Origin: Granulicella sp.
GTDB taxonomy: Bacteria > Acidobacteriota > Terriglobia > Terriglobales > Acidobacteriaceae
Assembly: GCA_027339965.1 (NCBI GenBank)
Contig: DAHWNL010000067.1
Location: 1-24,651, forward strand
Length of the DNA stretch: 24,651 nt
Direction: 5' to 3'
A program made the position numbers and the translations under genes. Positions 1 to 8,078 of the stretch are shown piece by piece. Under the pieces are notes generated by a model. That model was given only the letters and a program-made list of their open reading frames with translations. It was not told where the DNA came from and searched no databases. Position 1 is the first letter of the stretch; the number at the start of each line of letters is the position of its first letter.

Positions 1-1
1 A

Positions 2-82
2 AGCGCAGCGCAGAATCCCAGGGACGCCCAGCGCCTCTGGATCGAAGCCGAGCGGCTGACAGGAATCACGTTTCAAATCTGA
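2..82 (+). CDS. 3' end of a short-chain dehydrogenase/reductase (retinol-dehydrogenase-like SDR), truncated by the window
   Basis: Frame 2 reads SAAQNPRDAQRLWIEAERLTGITFQI*, matching the typical A-x-D/N...A-x-RLW-x-x-(S/A)E-x-LTG tail of this SDR subfamily. Not in the ORF track because it is a fragment. Confidence 0.7.
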   Translation, partial: SAAQNPRDAQRLWIEAERLTGITFQI

Positions 83-396
83 CCACCGCGCATCAAGGAC
101 GCATTTTGACTCCAGATTGCAAATTCAGGATCCTAATCCAAGATTCAAATCCCAGACAGAAAGCAAAAGGCGCTTCAACGACGTGATTTCAAGGCGACTT
201 CATCGTTGAGCTTCGTCCTCAATCATCATCGTGCTTGGTCGAAGAAGACGATAACGCGCTCCTTGCAAAAGGATCACCCTCAGGCTTCGTGATGTTCACC
301 TTACGCCCCGCCGGCCTTGAAACCAATCCCAGACAAGCAACTTCAGGTGCGAGGTTGTCATGGTAAATCTTCGCGGCAAGCGGCTTTGCAAAGGGA

Positions 397-1998
397 TTAT
401 TCCATCGGTCCACTGGGGGCATGGGGCCGGTTTCCCTTCAAGAAGAACGAGAGCAAGAACAAGGTAGCCGCGCCGACGGCGAAGACCTGATAACCATCGA
501 TGTAGGCCAAGGAGTAAGCCTGAGTCATCACACTCTGGTAGAAGCGTCCGTAGGCCTGATTGAGGGCATCGGTGGAACTGAGTCCCGCATAGAACAACGC
601 ATGCGACAGCTTTTGCAGCGCCTCAGTCGGGTACACATCGCCGGGGGTGAGATGCGGAACAAGAATCTGCTGATGAAACTGTTCTCGCCGAGCCAGGATC
701 GTGGTCACGATCGAGGTACCGAAGCTCATACCGATGTTGCGCATGAAGTTGATCAAGGCCGAGATCGAGTTGTTCTTCTCCGCGGGCAGGCCGACGTAGA
801 CGATGGTGGTAATGGGAACGAAGAGGAAGGGTAAACCGATCACCTGAAGGACACGAATCCAGGAGCCGGCCCGGAAGCTGATGAGCGTATCCATGTGCTG
901 GGTTGAAAACCACATGCCGAAGGCCATCGCCGCCCACCCAAAGTGCACCAGTCGGCGCGCCTGGACCTTGCCGAGCAGCCTTCCCACCATTGGCAGCTCC
1001 ATGAGCAGAAACAGGCCGCCAAAAGAGAGTAGCAGGCCGGCGCTCTCCGCCGTGTATCCCATCAGCGTCTGCAAGTAGAGGGGCAGCATGACGAGGGTTC
1101 CGAACATCATCACGCCGAAGCCGAACATCATGAGGTTGCAGGTGAAGAAGTTGAAGTGCTGGAAGAGGTGGACATCGATGACCGGATGATCCTGGAACCA
1201 CTCCCAGATGATGAGGGCGAGCAGAGCGGAGGCAGAGATCAGGGTGAGGATCAAGATGAAGTGGGAGCCGAACCAGTCGTCCTCCTGACCCTTGTCGAGG
1301 ACCACCTGAAGCGCGGCGATGCCGATGGCCAGCAAGCCGATACCGATGTAGTCAATCGGGTTGCGGTTACGCGTTCTCAGGCGCAGATAGGGAGGATCTT
1401 CCACCAGCCGCCCGGCCATGAAGAGCGCCACGATGCCAACCGGGATGTTGATAAAGAAGATCCACCGCCAGGAGTAGTTATCCGTGATCCAGCCGCCCAG
1501 CGTCGGCCCGATGATGGGAGCCAGCACGGTGGTGATTCCATAAACGGCAAAGGCCTGACCGCGTTTGTGCTCCGGAAACGCATCGGCAAGAATGGCCTGC
1601 GCCACGGGCTGCAACCCGCCGCCGGCCGCACCCTGCAGCACCCGAAATACGATCATCGAGGCGAGGCTGGGCGCCAGGCCGCAGAGCACGGAGCTTGCCG
1701 TGAACAGCAACAGGGAGATGAGAAAGTATCTCTTGCGGCCAACGGTGTTGGAGATCCACCCGCTCAGGGGCAGGATGATGGCATTGGCCACCAGATAGGA
1801 GGTGAGGATCCAGGTGGCCTGATCGTTACTGGAAGACAGGCTGCCGGCCATGTGCGGCAAGGCGACGTTGGCGATGCTGGCGTCGAGCATCTCCATAAAA
1901 GCGGACAGCGCGACAACGCCGGCGATGAGCCAGGGATTGTGCGACGGCATCCACCGAGCCGACGACGCTGGGGATCCGCCTGCATCGGAATCGGCCAT
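397..1998 (-). CDS. DHA2-family (EmrB/QacA) MFS multidrug efflux transporter
   Basis: Motifs MEMLDASIANVALPHM, WILTSYLVANAI, GRKR, APIIGPTLGGWITDNYSWRWIFFINIPVG, VLDKGQEDDWF; many TM segments. Start moved to ATG 1998 (MADSD), preceded by GAGGA; the longer ORF overlaps the HlyD gene. Confidence 0.95.
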   Translation of the reverse strand: MADSDAGGSPASSARWMPSHNPWLIAGVVALSAFMEMLDASIANVALPHMAGSLSSSNDQATWILTSYLVANAIILPLSGWISNTVGRKRYFLISLLLFTASSVLCGLAPSLASMIVFRVLQGAAGGGLQPVAQAILADAFPEHKRGQAFAVYGITTVLAPIIGPTLGGWITDNYSWRWIFFINIPVGIVALFMAGRLVEDPPYLRLRTRNRNPIDYIGIGLLAIGIAALQVVLDKGQEDDWFGSHFILILTLISASALLALIIWEWFQDHPVIDVHLFQHFNFFTCNLMMFGFGVMMFGTLVMLPLYLQTLMGYTAESAGLLLSFGGLFLLMELPMVGRLLGKVQARRLVHFGWAAMAFGMWFSTQHMDTLISFRAGSWIRVLQVIGLPFLFVPITTIVYVGLPAEKNNSISALINFMRNIGMSFGTSIVTTILARREQFHQQILVPHLTPGDVYPTEALQKLSHALFYAGLSSTDALNQAYGRFYQSVMTQAYSLAYIDGYQVFAVGAATLFLLSFFLKGNRPHAPSGPME

Positions 1999-2023
1999 AT
2001 CGAAATCCTCGCTGCCGGATGGG

Positions 2024-3289
2024 TTACTTGAGCCGAATGCTCGGCTCAACCGAGAGACCGATCTGGAGCAGATGGTCAGGATCCTGTCCTGGATCGAAGA
2101 CGATACGGACTGGCACCCGCTGGACCACCTTAACGTAATTGCCTGTGGCGTTCTCCGGCGGTAGCAGGCTGAACTGCACGCCAGTGGCTCCTGCGATCCC
2201 CTGAATCTTGCCGGTGTAATTCCGATCCGTCTCATCCACATGAATCTTCACCCGCTGGCCTGGATGCATGCCCTTCAGCGCGGTCTCCTTGTAGTTGGCC
2301 GTCACCCAGATATCCTTTGTCGGCACAACCGTCATGAGCGTCTGGCCAGGCGCGACGTTCTGGCCGGTTACCGCGGTGCGCTTTCCTATGATCCCCTCTG
2401 TGGAAGCAACGATGGTGGTGTATTGCAAGTTCAGTTCGGCGCGATGGAGTTCGGCGTCTGCCTCTTCGACAGCGGCTGCGGCGGCCTGGGCCTTGGCTTG
2501 CGTCACCTGCATCTGCTGAGGCCGGGTATGGGCGCGGCGAAGTTCGGCCTCCGCATCCTGCATCCTGCTGCGGGCCTGCGTCACCTGCTGATCGGCGGCC
2601 GCCACGCCGGCCTGGGCTCCGGCAACATCGGCAGCGCTCGCCTTGGAGGCCGCAACTGCCTCATCATATTGCTGGCGGGAGATCTCGTTCTTGCGAATCA
2701 ACTTGCTGTAGCGCTGGAGATCGTCCTGGATCTTGACGTCGTTGGCCTCGGCCTGAGTCAGGCGCGCTTCAGCCTGCTGAAACTGCTTTTCCGCGGCCAG
2801 AATGCCAGCCTGCGCACCTTGCACATCCGCCTCAGAGGCGTTGACCTGGCTCTGAGTGCTGATGGAGGTAATCGGGACACCACCCAACGCCGCGTTGGCT
2901 TCAGCCTGCGCTTCCGCCAGATGCGCCTTGGCCAGATCGACGGCAACCTGATAGTCGACCGGATCGAGTTGCACCAGCACCGTTCCCTTCTCGACATACT
3001 GTGTGTCGTCGACGGTCACTCGCGTTACGTAGCCGGAGACGCGAGCACTGATGGGATGCAAGTATCCTTCGATCTCAGCGTCATCGGTTGTGGCGAATTG
3101 GGATTCGTAGCGCCAGACACCCACTGCGCCAAGGATCAGAACGGCCAGGACGGCCAGCAGAATGCGCTCCTTTTTCCCGTTGGACTGTCCGTTGCCGGGA
3201 ACATCGTCGCGCGTCACTGCCGCCTCTGCGCTCGGGCTCGATGCCCTTGCCTGGACTTCTTCGCTCATCGGATGTTCTTCATGGTTCAT
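2024..3289 (-). CDS. HlyD/EmrA-family membrane fusion protein
   Basis: N-terminal TM anchor, TTDDAEIEG, lipoyl-like VEKGTVLVQLDP, Ala/Gln-rich helical hairpin, WVTANYKET and FSLLPPENATGNYVKVVQRVPVRI signature. Alternative start at 3268. Confidence 0.95.
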   Translation of the reverse strand: MNHEEHPMSEEVQARASSPSAEAAVTRDDVPGNGQSNGKKERILLAVLAVLILGAVGVWRYESQFATTDDAEIEGYLHPISARVSGYVTRVTVDDTQYVEKGTVLVQLDPVDYQVAVDLAKAHLAEAQAEANAALGGVPITSISTQSQVNASEADVQGAQAGILAAEKQFQQAEARLTQAEANDVKIQDDLQRYSKLIRKNEISRQQYDEAVAASKASAADVAGAQAGVAAADQQVTQARSRMQDAEAELRRAHTRPQQMQVTQAKAQAAAAAVEEADAELHRAELNLQYTTIVASTEGIIGKRTAVTGQNVAPGQTLMTVVPTKDIWVTANYKETALKGMHPGQRVKIHVDETDRNYTGKIQGIAGATGVQFSLLPPENATGNYVKVVQRVPVRIVFDPGQDPDHLLQIGLSVEPSIRLK

Positions 3290-3291
3290 GG

Positions 3292-4707
3292 CTATTTCTC
3301 TCCCAGATAGCTGAGACCTTCATGCTCGGCGACACCCATCGCGCGAGCCAAATTGAGTTTTGAGATGCTGTACCGGTAAAGACTGGCAATGTAGTCTTCG
3401 TCGGCCTGAGCAACTGCCTGCTGTGCCTGAACAACTTCGACATTGTTGGTCACGCCGGATGCAAACCGATCGCGGGATTGATCCAGGGTCTGCGCCGCAA
3501 GCTTGATATTGGTCTGCGCTACACCCACCTGGTCCGCATTGGTGTCCAGATTCAGCAAGGCCGTACGAACGTCGTAGTCGATCTGCTCCCTCAGGTTGGA
3601 GAGTTTGCTTTGCGCCTGATGCAAGCGGGCCTCTGCCGTCTGGATCTCTCCTCGAACTCTGCCTCCCTGGAACAAGGGCACGTTCACTGAGCCGGCGACC
3701 AGATAAGTCTGGTGGCCGTCGGTCAACCCTCCAGCGCCAATGTCGCCCCAACTCGCATTGACCCCAGCAGAGGGATAACGCTGTGCGCGCGCCGCTCGTA
3801 GCTGAGCCTCCGCGGCGGTCACCTCCGCCATGGCGGCCTGATAGTCGCCGCGATGCTGGTAGGCCCGAGCGACCGCATCTTCCACCACTGGAGCGGACAG
3901 GGGCTGGGAGGGAACATGGGTGGCAGGTTCAAACGCCTGGCCATCGGCCAGGCCGATGGCCCGCGCCAGATTCAGCTTCTCCGTGGCGTAGGCGTTCTGC
4001 GCAGCGAGCAGGTTTTCCTGGTGCTGCTTCAGCTCCACCAGCGCGCGCAGCGTATCAATCTGCGGGCTCAAACCCGCTGTTTGGCGGTCCTTGGCAAGCT
4101 GGTAGAGTGCCTGCGCCGTATCCCGTTCCGCTGTAGCCGACTGCACCTGCGCCTCGCCGGCGATTGCCATCAGATAGGCGTTGCCCACGGCCAACACCAC
4201 CGTGTCGCGGGCCTCCTGGTAGGTGAACCTTGCCGCCGAGAGCTCTTGCGATGCGGCGCGGGACGCCTCCAGATTGCTCTGGTTCCACAGCGGCGCGGAG
4301 ACCGCGAGCTGGGCGTCAAAGACGTGGAAGGGGCTGGGAATGGCGGGAATCGAGGGAGGCAGCGTCTTGGGTCCAACCATCGCCTGAAGGTCCAGCTCCT
4401 GTTCCAATCCGCTGACGCCTCCGTTCACCTGGGGCAACAGGCGGCTGAGTGCCTGCCGGCGACCTCCGTTGGCGGCCCTCCTGTCTTCGCCACTGAGCAG
4501 CAGCCCCAAGTTGGTGCGCAGTCCTCGAGCGATGGCGTCTTGCAGGGTCAGGTTGAGCGTCCCGGCTACAGGCTCAGCGGTAACAGCGCTGCCAAGATAA
4601 GGATTCTGGGCGGAATCCATGTCGAGCGACTGCTGCGCCATCCCCGCACAAACGCCACAGAGAGCGGCCGTCACCAGCATCACGGCTGTCCGCTCTCTCA
4701 GTTTCAC
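3292..4707 (-). CDS. TolC-family outer membrane efflux protein
   Basis: Signal-peptide-like N-terminus, LTLQDAIARGLRTN, LLPQV, RYPS...VNVPLFQGG, RFASGVTNNVEVVQAQ, KLNLARAMG. GTG start at 4707 chosen; 4680 is also possible. Confidence 0.92.
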   Translation of the reverse strand: MKLRERTAVMLVTAALCGVCAGMAQQSLDMDSAQNPYLGSAVTAEPVAGTLNLTLQDAIARGLRTNLGLLLSGEDRRAANGGRRQALSRLLPQVNGGVSGLEQELDLQAMVGPKTLPPSIPAIPSPFHVFDAQLAVSAPLWNQSNLEASRAASQELSAARFTYQEARDTVVLAVGNAYLMAIAGEAQVQSATAERDTAQALYQLAKDRQTAGLSPQIDTLRALVELKQHQENLLAAQNAYATEKLNLARAIGLADGQAFEPATHVPSQPLSAPVVEDAVARAYQHRGDYQAAMAEVTAAEAQLRAARAQRYPSAGVNASWGDIGAGGLTDGHQTYLVAGSVNVPLFQGGRVRGEIQTAEARLHQAQSKLSNLREQIDYDVRTALLNLDTNADQVGVAQTNIKLAAQTLDQSRDRFASGVTNNVEVVQAQQAVAQADEDYIASLYRYSISKLNLARAMGVAEHEGLSYLGEK

Positions 4708-4749
4708 CCTATCTCTTCGAAGCCGCGGCACGGAAGCGCTCCTGTTCGC

Positions 4750-5148
4750 TTACTGTTTCTCCTGCGCCATCTTCTCCTGCTCCTGCGCCATCGCCTCAAA
4801 AACCGGCTCAGCGTCGCCAACCACCTTCGTGGCCAGAGCAAAACGGACGATGCGGAACGTTTCGAGCACCTTCTCGGGGGCAATGCCCTGCATCTTTGCC
4901 TTGTTGGCCATTGCCTGAATACAGGCTTTGCTGCTGGCCGCCAGCGCGGAGGCGAGATAGATCAGTGTGCGCGTTTCGTCGTTGAGCGCTCCCTCCGCGG
5001 GCATGGCGTAGCTGCGTGAGCGCAGGTGCTCCCACAACAAACCTTCGTCGACGGCAACCGCCTTCTCAATGGTCGAGGGAATTGCGCCCATGGTCTTGCG
5101 CATCATCTCGAAAACTTGCTCAACGGTTGGCGTCTGCTCTGTGGTCAT
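4750..5148 (-). CDS. Carboxymuconolactone decarboxylase (CMD)/AhpD-like family protein
   Basis: MGAIP, GALNDETRTLIYLASALA...ACIQAMANKAKMQGIAPEKVLETF matches the CMD fold pattern. ATG 5148 is preceded by AAGGAA. Only one Cys, no CxxC. Confidence 0.82.
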   Translation of the reverse strand: MTTEQTPTVEQVFEMMRKTMGAIPSTIEKAVAVDEGLLWEHLRSRSYAMPAEGALNDETRTLIYLASALAASSKACIQAMANKAKMQGIAPEKVLETFRIVRFALATKVVGDAEPVFEAMAQEQEKMAQEKQ

Positions 5149-5214
5149 CTGTAGTTCCTTCTTTGGTTTGTTTCGTTCCGTCGGCTTCATGAGAAGAAAG
5201 CCACGTAAAGCTTG

Positions 5215-5227
5215 GTTTGTTACAAAC
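5215..5227. promoter_or_regulatory. Candidate operator palindrome GTTTGT-t-ACAAAC upstream of the CMD-efflux genes
   Basis: Perfect 6-1-6 inverted repeat in an AT-rich patch about 70 nt upstream of the CMD start codon. Confidence 0.35.
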
Positions 5228-5511
5228 AATATGTACCCTGCTACAACCCGTTCAGGTCCTCGCGATGAGGTCGCTCCGTGCGAAGTAGATCCCACGCGAA
5301 ATGAGCAGCCCTTCTGCTGGATCTGCGAGCTAAGATCTGCATAAAGATCATGTTGTCAAGGAGCCTGACGATCAGCCCGGCTGCGGCCGCAGACAGTGTG
5401 GCAAAGCCAGGAACTGGCATTGCGCACGGCTTGTATCTGGAATTTGCATCGTCGCCTTCAACTTCTCGTCCGCGACGCCGCTACCTGAAAGAGCAGAAAT
5501 AGCAGCGACGC

Positions 5512-5814
5512 CTATCCCTCTCGTTCCTTCAAGACCTGAGTCACGCACGTAAACAGATTGCAGACGCAGGGCGTGAGCAGCCGGTAATACACCGTGGTTC
5601 TTTCGCGCCGGTCTTCGACCACCCCGTGAGCGCGCAGCAATGCAAGATGTTTGGAGACGGTTGAAACATCGCCGCCCACAAGTTTGTGAAGATCACCAAC
5701 CGAACACTCGCCACGACTTAGCCGGTCGACAATCATCAGACGCGACTGGTTCGCCAAGACTCGAAGCACCCGGGCATGTTTGTTGAAGCGGTTGTGGTCA
5801 TCTTGATGTTTCAT
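5512..5814 (-). CDS. ArsR/SmtB-family transcriptional regulator
   Basis: LANQSRLMIVDRL, ECSVGDL, STVSKHLALLRAHGVV, RRERTTVYYRL winged-HTH pattern; Cys37, Cys83, Cys85, Cys90. Confidence 0.93.
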   Translation of the reverse strand: MKHQDDHNRFNKHARVLRVLANQSRLMIVDRLSRGECSVGDLHKLVGGDVSTVSKHLALLRAHGVVEDRRERTTVYYRLLTPCVCNLFTCVTQVLKEREG

Positions 5815-5829
5815 GTTTCTTTATTGGCC

Positions 5830-5838
5830 ATATTTTCA
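5830..5838 (-). promoter_or_regulatory. Candidate extended -10 element for arsR (TG-a-AAATAT)
   Basis: Minus strand 5838-5830 reads TGAAAATAT in an AT-rich tract and implies +1 near 5823, 9 nt before the ATG. Confidence 0.35.
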
Positions 5839-5856
5839 TATATCCATGCTCGGGGC

Positions 5857-5872
5857 TGTGACACAGGTCACA
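5857..5872. promoter_or_regulatory. CRP-family binding site TGTGA-N6-TCACA
   Basis: Sequence TGTGAcacaggTCACA is a perfect match to the CRP consensus, centred at 5864.5. Confidence 0.65.
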
Positions 5873-6068
5873 CTGGCTGGAGCGATCGCGGAGTTCTGCC
5901 GGCACAATGGGCAACAAGCATTATGTTGCGCTATGTCTCAGCAGCCGACGCAAACAGACTCCGAACGATGGATCGGTTGCCAAACGGGCTCTGCGCAGGA
6001 AGGCGTGAACACGGCCGGAGTTCCAAGGATGCAACGGCCCAGGGCTCCAAGGGAGGAGCCGGAACGCT

Positions 6069-6764
6069 CTACAGGCTGAGGACGCGGCTGATGGAGAAGC
6101 CGTCGTGGCCTTTGCTGCCTACGGTTTGCACGGCAGTAGAGGAGAAGCGGGGGTCGCCGGCGAGCAGCGCGAGGAACTCCCGCACGCCCTGGACGTTGGG
6201 ATCGCTGCTGGAGCCGTCGATGACCTTGCCTTCGCGGATGACGTTGTCGGCCAGGATCAGCGTGCCAGGGCGGCAGACGGGCAGGAATGCGGTCAGATAG
6301 TGCGGATAGCCTGGTTTGTCGGCGTCCAGGAAGACCAGATCAAAGGGTTCGACGCCTTCGGACTGAAGCTGGAGTAAAGAGTCCAGTGCGGGGCCCAGAC
6401 GGAGCTCGACAGCGTGGGAGAGGCCGGCGCGTGCGATGTTGGCCAGGGCCACCTCGGCGTGCCTGGGTTCGAGTTCCAGGGTGATCAGCCGGCCTTGCGG
6501 CGGGAGAGCGCGGGCGAGATGGATGGTGCTGTAACCCCCCAGGGCACCGATCTCCAGGATCCGCCGCGCGGATTGGGTCTGCGCCAGGATCTCAAGAAGC
6601 TTGCCTTGCAGGGGCGAGACGCTGATGGCGGGCAGGCCGGCGGCGCTGCCGGCATCCAGCGCCGACTGGAGCAGAGGGTCGGGAGAGAGCAGCAACTTGT
6701 CGAGATAGCTATCGACGGAGGCCCAGAGTTCCTCCGCGTTGTCTGCGATCTGGCGGGATGGCAT
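6069..6764 (-). CDS. SAM-dependent O-methyltransferase (catechol/caffeoyl-CoA OMT, YrrM-like)
   Basis: GLPAISVSPLQGKLL, RILEIGALGGYSTIHLARAL, FDLVFLDADK, ILADNVIREG, QTVGSKGHDGF. Confidence 0.93.
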   Translation of the reverse strand: MPSRQIADNAEELWASVDSYLDKLLLSPDPLLQSALDAGSAAGLPAISVSPLQGKLLEILAQTQSARRILEIGALGGYSTIHLARALPPQGRLITLELEPRHAEVALANIARAGLSHAVELRLGPALDSLLQLQSEGVEPFDLVFLDADKPGYPHYLTAFLPVCRPGTLILADNVIREGKVIDGSSSDPNVQGVREFLALLAGDPRFSSTAVQTVGSKGHDGFSISRVLSL

Positions 6765-6784
6765 GGCAGGCCCTCGGAGGGTTC

Positions 6785-7483
6785 TTACAGGGTGAAGAGC
6801 AGAGCTTGAAAGATGCTCATGAGGGGCAGGAAGAAGAGCATGATGACGTAGTAGCCCAGGAAGAAGAAGGCCAGCATCAGGACAAAGCTCATCTCCTGGT
6901 AAATCTTGGCAGCGTCGTAAGGGAGATAGTGCAGCAGGATCTTGCCTCCGTCCAGAAAAGGCAGAGGGACCAAGTTGAAGACGCAGAGCAGCACGTTGAC
7001 CAGGATGCAGAAGTAGAGGAAGAGGATTAAGGGGAAGATGCTGGGCAGACCCTGAATGCCGAAGGCGGCGTTGCGCATGGCCAGATGCGAGGCGATGACC
7101 AAGGAGTCCACAGTGCCGGGGAGGGTGTGGCGCACGACAACCAGAATCAGCAGGGCCAAAACGGCGGCCAGCAGTTGGGCGCCGGGGCCGGCCAGAGTGG
7201 CCAGCATCTCGTAGCGGGAGGGGTCGCGGAAGTTGCGTGGGGTGAAGGTGACCGGCTTGCCCCAGCCCAGCACCAAGGGGCTGCGGAAGATGAAGAGCAC
7301 AGGCCAGATGAGCGTGCCGAGCAGATCAAAGTGGCGCGCCGGATTCATGGTCAGCCGGCCCATCATGCGGGCGGTGGGGTCGCCCAGCCGATTGGCGGCC
7401 CAGGCCTGGGCGCAGTCGTGCAAGGAGATGGAGAGCACCATGACGACCAGCTCGAAGATGATCAAAGCGTAGTTCAACGGCAT
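6785..7483 (-). CDS. Peptidase M50 / site-2 protease homologue with degenerate zinc motif (HDCAQ)
   Basis: AWAANRLGDPTARMMGRLTMNP, GWGKPV, LAGPG, FNLVPLPFLDGG are M50 hallmarks; the expected HExxH is HDxxQ. Confidence 0.88.
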   Translation of the reverse strand: MPLNYALIIFELVVMVLSISLHDCAQAWAANRLGDPTARMMGRLTMNPARHFDLLGTLIWPVLFIFRSPLVLGWGKPVTFTPRNFRDPSRYEMLATLAGPGAQLLAAVLALLILVVVRHTLPGTVDSLVIASHLAMRNAAFGIQGLPSIFPLILFLYFCILVNVLLCVFNLVPLPFLDGGKILLHYLPYDAAKIYQEMSFVLMLAFFFLGYYVIMLFFLPLMSIFQALLFTL

Positions 7484-7490
7484 AAGAGAT

Positions 7491-7496
7491 AGTTTA
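7491..7496 (-). promoter_or_regulatory. -10 element TAAACT, 7 nt upstream of the ATG at 7483 (probable leaderless mRNA)
   Basis: Minus strand reads TAAACT-atctctt-ATG with no Shine-Dalgarno in between. Confidence 0.5.
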
Positions 7497-7637
7497 CGGG
7501 AGGTGTTTCAGGTCATGGACCTTCGGGTCTTCGAGTTTTCGGATTTGGAAGCTTCATGATTTGGCGTTTCGGGATTTGGCCCTGCCCTGCGTCGCCTTCA
7601 GATTCCCTGCGGACGCTGGGCGGGTATAAACTGCGGG

Positions 7638-7752
7638 CAGAGAAATCGACGTGGTTCGCCTGGGAGGTTCTGCTTGCAGAGTGCCCTCCCAATGGAGACG
7701 GACGCGGAGATTGCCAAAGACGGAGACAGCGGGCGCTGTCTCCGTCTTTTTG
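7638..7752 (+). ncRNA. Candidate small RNA of about 115 nt
   Basis: TAAACT -10 at 7627-7632, hairpin TGGGAGG-TTCTG(CTTG)CAGAG-CCTCCCA at 7661-7691, then a 15-bp terminator stem with a T run. No plausible plus-strand CDS. Confidence 0.4.
7716..7751 (+). terminator. Intrinsic terminator, possibly bidirectional
   Basis: AAAGACGGAGACAGC-gggc-GCTGTCTCCGTCTTT: perfect 15-bp inverted repeat ending in 5 T on + and 3 T on -. Confidence 0.75.
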
Positions 7753-7895
7753 CTACGTGTCTTTTGCTACGTCTCAAGGGCGTGAGGGAGGGGGCGCAGC
7801 TCCAACTCCTCAGGAGGAGGCTCCCAGCCGGGGTTAAGGCTGCGCGGGAGGACGATGGAAAACCGGCTCGGTTATTCTTTATTCCCCCGCTTCGG

Positions 7896-8078
7896 CTATT
7901 CTTCTTTCTCTTCGAGCAACTGGGCTAGCGTCTCCTTGTGTTTCGGCGGGGAGGCGGTTTTGTCCTTGAGGGTGGGCAGGGGATGGGAAGGCGGGGGAGA
8001 GCCGAGACGCTCGCGGGCGTTCCTCTTGACAGCTTTCACGGCCGAAAACGCCTGCTTTTCAGGCTTTGGCAGGGACAT
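7896..8078 (-). CDS. Small basic hypothetical protein (60 aa)
   Basis: MSLPKPEKQAFSAVKAVKRNARERLGSPPP...KHKETLAQLLEEKEE. ATG 8078 is preceded by GAGG and, further up, a TACACT -10-like hexamer. Confidence 0.6.
   Translation of the reverse strand: MSLPKPEKQAFSAVKAVKRNARERLGSPPPSHPLPTLKDKTASPPKHKETLAQLLEEKEE

Noticed and set aside
421..5019. Long plus-strand ORFs (421-834, 1156-2031, 2240-3310, 3853-5019)
   Set aside because: Antisense shadows of the well-supported efflux genes, common in GC-rich DNA; no recognisable motifs.
5243..5422. 59-codon minus-strand ORF (MPVPGFATLSAAAAGLIVRLL...) between arsR and the CMD gene
   Set aside because: No clear RBS and no recognisable motif; cannot be supported without homology data.
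5911..5929. Inverted repeat GCAACA-N7-TGTTGC upstream of arsR
   Set aside because: Only 6-bp arms and no matching regulator consensus known to me; could be chance.
7974..7997. G-quadruplex-like G runs (also at 15264-15291)
   Set aside because: The first is explained by Pro codons on the opposite strand; G runs are common at this GC content.
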